DNA from: a cyanobacterium endosymbiont of Epithemia turgida isolate EtSB Lake Yunoko
GTDB lineage: Bacteria > Cyanobacteriota > Cyanobacteriia > Cyanobacteriales > Microcystaceae
Assembly (NCBI RefSeq): GCF_000829235.1
Contig: NZ_AP012549.1
Location: 2,430,001 to 2,462,000, forward strand
Direction of reading: 5' to 3'
DNA: 32,000 nt
The position numbers and the translations under genes were made by a program. Shown here one piece after another: positions 28,045 to 32,000 of the stretch (its first letter is position 1; every line of letters begins with the position of its first letter). The notes under the pieces were generated by a model that made no database searches, was not told the DNA's origin, and saw only the letters and a list, made by a program, of their open reading frames with translations.

Positions 28045-28074
28045 AGTTTACCTCACTTGTCCGTGAGGTAAACT
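28045..28074 (-). terminator. Hairpin terminator downstream of galE
   Basis: 12-bp perfect stem (28045-28056 / 28063-28074, agtttacctcac...gtgaggtaaact) with a 6-nt loop. It lies about 105 nt after the galE stop. In minus-strand sense it is followed by ttaaaacctatttt. Confidence 0.55.
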
Positions 28075-28179
28075 CTGTATTACTGGCCAAGTTCCTTAAT
28101 TTAAGCCATCATTAAGAAATATTAACCAAGCACAAATCTATAAGTTTGAAGAATTTTTAGCTAAAATTAGATATTTTTC

Positions 28180-29187
28180 TTACTTATTTGCATTTCCATG
28201 ACGTTTTTGATGCCAATACCAAGCATGATTAACAATTGTTTCTAAGTCTGGATACTTAGGTTTCCAACCCAGGGCAATCCGGGCTTTTTGGCTACTGCCG
28301 ACTAGGATAGGGGGATCTCCTGGACGACGATCATTTTCTTGAACTGGAAAATCGATCTGCGTTATTTTTTTAGCGGTTTCAATTACTTCGCGTACGGAAA
28401 ATCCATTGCCATTGCCCAAATTGAAAACATCACTTTTTCCTTCTTCTAAAAGGTATTCTAATCCTAAGACATGAGCTGAAGCTAGATCATCAACATGAAT
28501 ATAATCTCTAACTGCTGTTCCATCTGGAGTATCATAATCTGTCCCAAAAATAGACAGATAATTCTGTATTTTTAATGCTGTTAATAACGCTAAAGGAATT
28601 AAGTGGGTTTCGGGATGATGATCTTCTCCTAACCTTCCCTGGGGATTGGCTCCTGACGCATTAAAATAACGGAAAGCGACAGACTTTAAATTATAGGCTC
28701 GATCAAAGTCTTGCAAAATTTGTTCTATCATTGCCTTACTAACTGCATAGGGACTCAAGGGATTTTGGGGATGGTTCTCCATCATTGGAATTTGTTGAGA
28801 CATTCCATAGATGGCGCAAGTAGAGGAAAAGACAAACCTTTTGATGTTGGCAGCTAACATAGCTTCTAATAAAGTCAAGGTACCAACTACATTATTACGA
28901 TAATATCGACCAGGATTAGTTACTGATTCCCCAACAGCAATGTAGGCAGCAAAGTGCATCACTGCCGCAATGTCGTGGTGGGCGAAAAGTTTATCGAGTA
29001 CGGGACGATCATTCATATCTCCCACAATCAATTTAACTTGTAATACATCCTCAACAAATTCAGGATGTCCTTCGCTGAGATTATCTAAGATGATTACGTT
29101 GTATCCCGACTCTTGGAGAGCAAGTACAACATGGGAACCAATATACCCTGCTCCTCCTGTTACTAAAATAGTAGATTTTGTGACCAT
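28180..29187 (-). CDS. galE: UDP-glucose 4-epimerase
   Basis: 335 aa with an ATG start. It has the Rossmann motif TGGAGYIGSH, the catalytic YxxxK (SPYAVSK) and an SDR extended-family layout. Confidence 0.88.
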   Translation of the reverse strand: MVTKSTILVTGGAGYIGSHVVLALQESGYNVIILDNLSEGHPEFVEDVLQVKLIVGDMNDRPVLDKLFAHHDIAAVMHFAAYIAVGESVTNPGRYYRNNVVGTLTLLEAMLAANIKRFVFSSTCAIYGMSQQIPMMENHPQNPLSPYAVSKAMIEQILQDFDRAYNLKSVAFRYFNASGANPQGRLGEDHHPETHLIPLALLTALKIQNYLSIFGTDYDTPDGTAVRDYIHVDDLASAHVLGLEYLLEEGKSDVFNLGNGNGFSVREVIETAKKITQIDFPVQENDRRPGDPPILVGSSQKARIALGWKPKYPDLETIVNHAWYWHQKRHGNANK

Positions 29188-29777
29188 GAGATCTCCTTAA
29201 AACTTTATGATTAATAGGACATAAGACACAATAATGAACATCTCTATTCCTTTAATGGTCCTCTCTCTTAATTTAAGATAAGGTATCAAGTTGATTAAGA
29301 AAACCAATTATGAAGAGTCTTAAGTCGAAGATGATTTATGTTAAAAACTTTTAAATAAAAAAATATCTTCATAAGAATGGTTATTGATCCAGTCTTTGAA
29401 ATTGATACTTAAAAAGTAATCTGATTTACTAAAAAATTTAATCTATTAAAATATTGAAGTAATAGATCTAAAAACTAATTAACAAGAAACCCATGGACAA
29501 GTTTATAGACGCATAATTTACTTTAGTCATAATCAATCTTAATTAGTTAATTATATAAAAAGTATCTTTCTTTATCCTCTACTATTTATCTATTAAGACG
29601 CTTTAAAAGTAGCAATTATTAATTTTTTCCAATAAAGACTAGACCGTTTGCATAAATAATATTTGAATTGTTTTAAATTAACTTTTCCTTTGACTTTGAT
29701 GATATTTAATTGCTCACCGATTAACAGCATAAACTTAGGTCTTAAGGACTTGACTTTTTTGTTGGTGAGGTTGTAGC

Positions 29778-29807
29778 CTTCTTGATAGATCAAAAACTAT
29801 CAAGAAG
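29778..29807. repeat. Inverted repeat, 11-bp perfect arms, 8-nt loop
   Basis: cttcttgatag (29778-29788) pairs with ctatcaagaag (29797-29807). It lies in the divergent galE / SulP intergenic region. Confidence 0.55.
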
Positions 29808-30005
29808 AGTAATTGTATAAAATATAATCTGTCTTATATAAGTCCAACCATTTTGGCAATAAATAGGTAGATTCTCGCGTAGTTCTGGGATTCAACTCAA
29901 AGTTGAATAAAAATCTAAAAAGGCTCGTACAAAAATGCTTAAAATAAATTAAAGAATCTAGAGAAAATAACTAAACAAAACAATGTAATTAACTTTTAAC
30001 AATAC

Positions 30006-31676
30006 ATGCAGATTATTAATCGTATTCACTTCAGAAATCTACGGGGCGATATCTTTGGCGGAGTTACCGCAGCCGTGATTGCCCTCCCCATGTCCCTGGC
30101 TTTTGGAGTAGCTTCGGGAGTGGGAGCGATTGCCGGACTATGGGGGGCAGTATTAATTGGCTTTTTTGCTGCCTTATTTGGTGGAACACCCACCTTAATT
30201 TCTGAACCTACAGGTCCGATGACAGTAGTGATGACAGCTATTGTAACCAAGATGATTGCACAAAATCCAGAAAACGGCTTAGCCATGGCCTTTACTGTAG
30301 TAATGTTAGCAGGGATTTTTCAGATCATCTTCGGCTTGTTAAAGTTGGGAAAATACGTCACCCTCATGCCCTATACGATAATCTCGGGGTTTATGTCAGG
30401 CGTTGGAATAATTCTTATCATTCTTCAGTTAGGACCACTCCTGGGTCATGTTAACCCTAAAGGAGGAGTCAATGAGGCGTTGAAGGCACTGCCCTATTTT
30501 ATCACAACACTAAGTCCAACTGAAACAGCTTTAGGATTGTTGACAATAGCCATTCTTTACTTAATGCCCTCTAAAGTTAAAAAGTTTGTTCCCTCTCAAT
30601 TAATTGCCCTCATAGCAGGAACTTTAATTACAATTTTCTTTTTATCGGAAGCAGATGTCCATGTCATTGGCGAAATGCCTACGGGACTTCCTCAGTTATA
30701 TTTTCCTGCCTTTTTCCTCGGCCAAATTAATGAAATGTTGGTAGATGGTCTTGTTTTAGGGATGCTTGGTTGTATTGATGCTTTATTAACCTCTGTCATT
30801 GCTGATAGCTTAACTCAGACTCACCATGACTCTAACAAAGAACTAATCGGTCAAGGAATTGGGAACTTGGTTTCTGGGTTGTGTGGGGGACTTCCTGGGG
30901 CAGGATCCACCACGGGAACGGTGGTCAATATCCAAGCAGGGGGACGCACCGCTTTATCTGGTTTGAGTAGGGCTTTTATTTTGTTGATTGTAGTACTTTG
31001 GGCTGCTCCTTTAACCAAGAATATTCCCTTAGCGGTTTTAGCTGGTATTGTCCTTAAGGTGGGGATTGATATTATTGACTGGAAATTCTTAAAACGCGCT
31101 CACAGACTTTCAATTAAAGCAGCAGCTATTATGTATGGGGTAATGCTGCTAACTGTATTTTACGACTTAATCACGGCAGTTAGTCTTGGAGTGTGTATGG
31201 CTAATATTTTAACTATTCAACATTTAGCAGATATTCAATCCGATCTGGTCACAACAATTGATACGCCCGATGATAAGACTCTATTATGTGATACAAGCAG
31301 GCGTCTTATGGAAAAAGCTAACAGACGAATTATGCTCTTAGAGTTGAGCGGTCCTATGAGTTTTGGGGCAGCTAAAGCGATTACTCAAAGACAGGCAATT
31401 ATAGATAATTATGATGCTCTAATTATTGATTTAACGGGTGTTCTCTTATTGGGAGTAACAGCAACTTTGGCGATTGAAAAAATAATCGATGAGGCCGCTA
31501 AGAAATCAATAAAAATTTATATTATTGGGACTAATATAAAAATTAAAGAGCGATTACAAAAATTTGATATTTTTCAACGTATTCCTCCACAAAATCGTTT
31601 TGATAATCGAGTAGCTGCTTTGCATTTTGCGGTTGCTAAACTCGAAGAAGAAACACTACAAAAAATTGATACATAG
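30006..31676 (+). CDS. bicA: SulP-family anion transporter with C-terminal STAS domain, BicA-like (Na+-dependent bicarbonate transporter type)
   Basis: 556 aa with an ATG start. HFRNLRGDIFGGVTAAVIALPM, LGCIDALLTSVIADSLT..H.SNKELIGQGIGNL and GTVVNIQAGGRTALSG match my recollection of Synechococcus PCC 7002 BicA. The family assignment (SulP+STAS) is firm. Substrate is an inference. Confidence 0.8.
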   Translation: MQIINRIHFRNLRGDIFGGVTAAVIALPMSLAFGVASGVGAIAGLWGAVLIGFFAALFGGTPTLISEPTGPMTVVMTAIVTKMIAQNPENGLAMAFTVVMLAGIFQIIFGLLKLGKYVTLMPYTIISGFMSGVGIILIILQLGPLLGHVNPKGGVNEALKALPYFITTLSPTETALGLLTIAILYLMPSKVKKFVPSQLIALIAGTLITIFFLSEADVHVIGEMPTGLPQLYFPAFFLGQINEMLVDGLVLGMLGCIDALLTSVIADSLTQTHHDSNKELIGQGIGNLVSGLCGGLPGAGSTTGTVVNIQAGGRTALSGLSRAFILLIVVLWAAPLTKNIPLAVLAGIVLKVGIDIIDWKFLKRAHRLSIKAAAIMYGVMLLTVFYDLITAVSLGVCMANILTIQHLADIQSDLVTTIDTPDDKTLLCDTSRRLMEKANRRIMLLELSGPMSFGAAKAITQRQAIIDNYDALIIDLTGVLLLGVTATLAIEKIIDEAAKKSIKIYIIGTNIKIKERLQKFDIFQRIPPQNRFDNRVAALHFAVAKLEEETLQKIDT

Positions 31677-31905
31677 ATGGGTACAGGTGTAGTTAAGTTT
31701 TATACTAAAAAATCATCTATCAAAAATGATTCCACTTTAGTTCCGGAAATTTTATTGAAAAATCACTCTGTTCAACAGAGATTAATAAGTGTATGTAGAA
31801 TAAGAAGATGGGGTAAGTATTGTTTTATTTTTTTCAGAAGTATTTTGTTTTTTCAAAAAAATAACTACTAGTTAACAAACTATTTTAAATAGACAAAGAA
31901 TAATT

Positions 31906-32000
31906 ATGAAAATGTTTGAAGATGAAAAATTTTTGTGTTTTATTCACATTATTGAGAATTTTGTTTCTAAAGTATTGTCATTAGCTCTAATTCTTGTTAT
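31906..32000 (+). CDS. 5' end of an ORF running off the window (MKMFEDEKFLCFIHIIENFVSKVLSLALILV...), possibly PsiE-like membrane protein
   Basis: ATG at 31906, open to the window edge (31 codons). The resemblance to N-termini of PsiE-family proteins is from memory only. Confidence 0.3.
   Translation, partial: MKMFEDEKFLCFIHIIENFVSKVLSLALILV

Noticed and set aside
29593-29793. 66-aa TTG-initiated ORF that might be a relic of a TnpB/IS605-family N-terminus (KVKGK...LYW)
   Set aside because: The resemblance rests on two short motifs with a gap in between. There are no transposon ends, no RuvC-like region downstream and no second copy in the window. This is too weak to call a mobile element.
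540-30286. ORF-track entries lying inside and opposite to (or out of frame with) well-supported genes: 540..722, 952..1233, 3641..3916, 7547..7792, 10595..10849, 16468..16671, 16961..17161, 20545..20796, 21174..21467, 23909..24112, 26438..26755, 28970..29200 and 30026..30286
   Set aside because: These are shadow ORFs fully nested in conserved CDSs. They have low-complexity, unrecognisable translations and many use non-ATG starts. Nothing shows they are independent genes.
31677-31871. 64-aa ORF starting at the SulP stop codon
   Set aside because: It has a low-complexity K/I/F-rich translation typical of random AT-rich sequence, no RBS and no recognisable motif.
1-32000. Search for tRNA, rRNA, tmRNA, RNase P RNA, CRISPR arrays, intact IS elements and group II intron landmarks
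   Set aside because: I saw no T-loop (GGTTCGAAT-like) contexts with acceptor-stem pairing. There are no regularly spaced direct repeats and no transposase-length ORF or terminal inverted repeats bounding one. The only tandem repeat noticed is a 17-nt unit repeated twice at about 17995-18028 with two mismatches, which is too small to interpret.

Overview
This is a low-GC cyanobacterial chromosome segment that looks heavily eroded. The cyanobacterial assignment rests on a Hik33/NblS-type histidine kinase, a DesC-type delta-9 desaturase, an EGY-like M50 site-2 protease and a BicA-like SulP transporter. From the ORF coordinates, only about 15.7 of 32 kb (about 49 percent) is intact CDS: 15 complete genes plus one partial. 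Most of these are single housekeeping genes (fmt, infC, msrA, clpP, galE and others). They sit alone between AT-rich spacers of 0.8 to 2.2 kb that have no ORF of 60 aa or more in any frame. Two spacers contain readable pseudogenes. One is a full-length M16 peptidase whose zinc motif HxxEH now reads YxxEY, with seven in-frame stops. The other is a conserved hypothetical protein carrying TGG->TAG and CAA->TAA changes. Other spacers hold weaker gene relics and a strand-specific A/T skew. The spacers also contain an unexpected set of long, perfect or near-perfect palindromes. The most notable is a 60-bp perfect palindrome that encodes mirror-image TTCACA-N17-TATAAT promoters in front of an orphan two-gene operon. 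Others are a 52-bp palindrome with two consensus TTGACA boxes upstream of infC and a loop-less 56-bp palindrome. The RNase II/R-family gene is intact but its catalytic motifs look degenerate. I found no tRNA, rRNA, CRISPR array or intact mobile element. The pattern fits a cyanobacterium with eroded or expanded non-coding DNA, such as an obligate symbiont or spheroid-body-like lineage, or a Trichodesmium-like genome. The lineage cannot be resolved without database searches. All homology calls come from motif recognition and memory, not from alignments.
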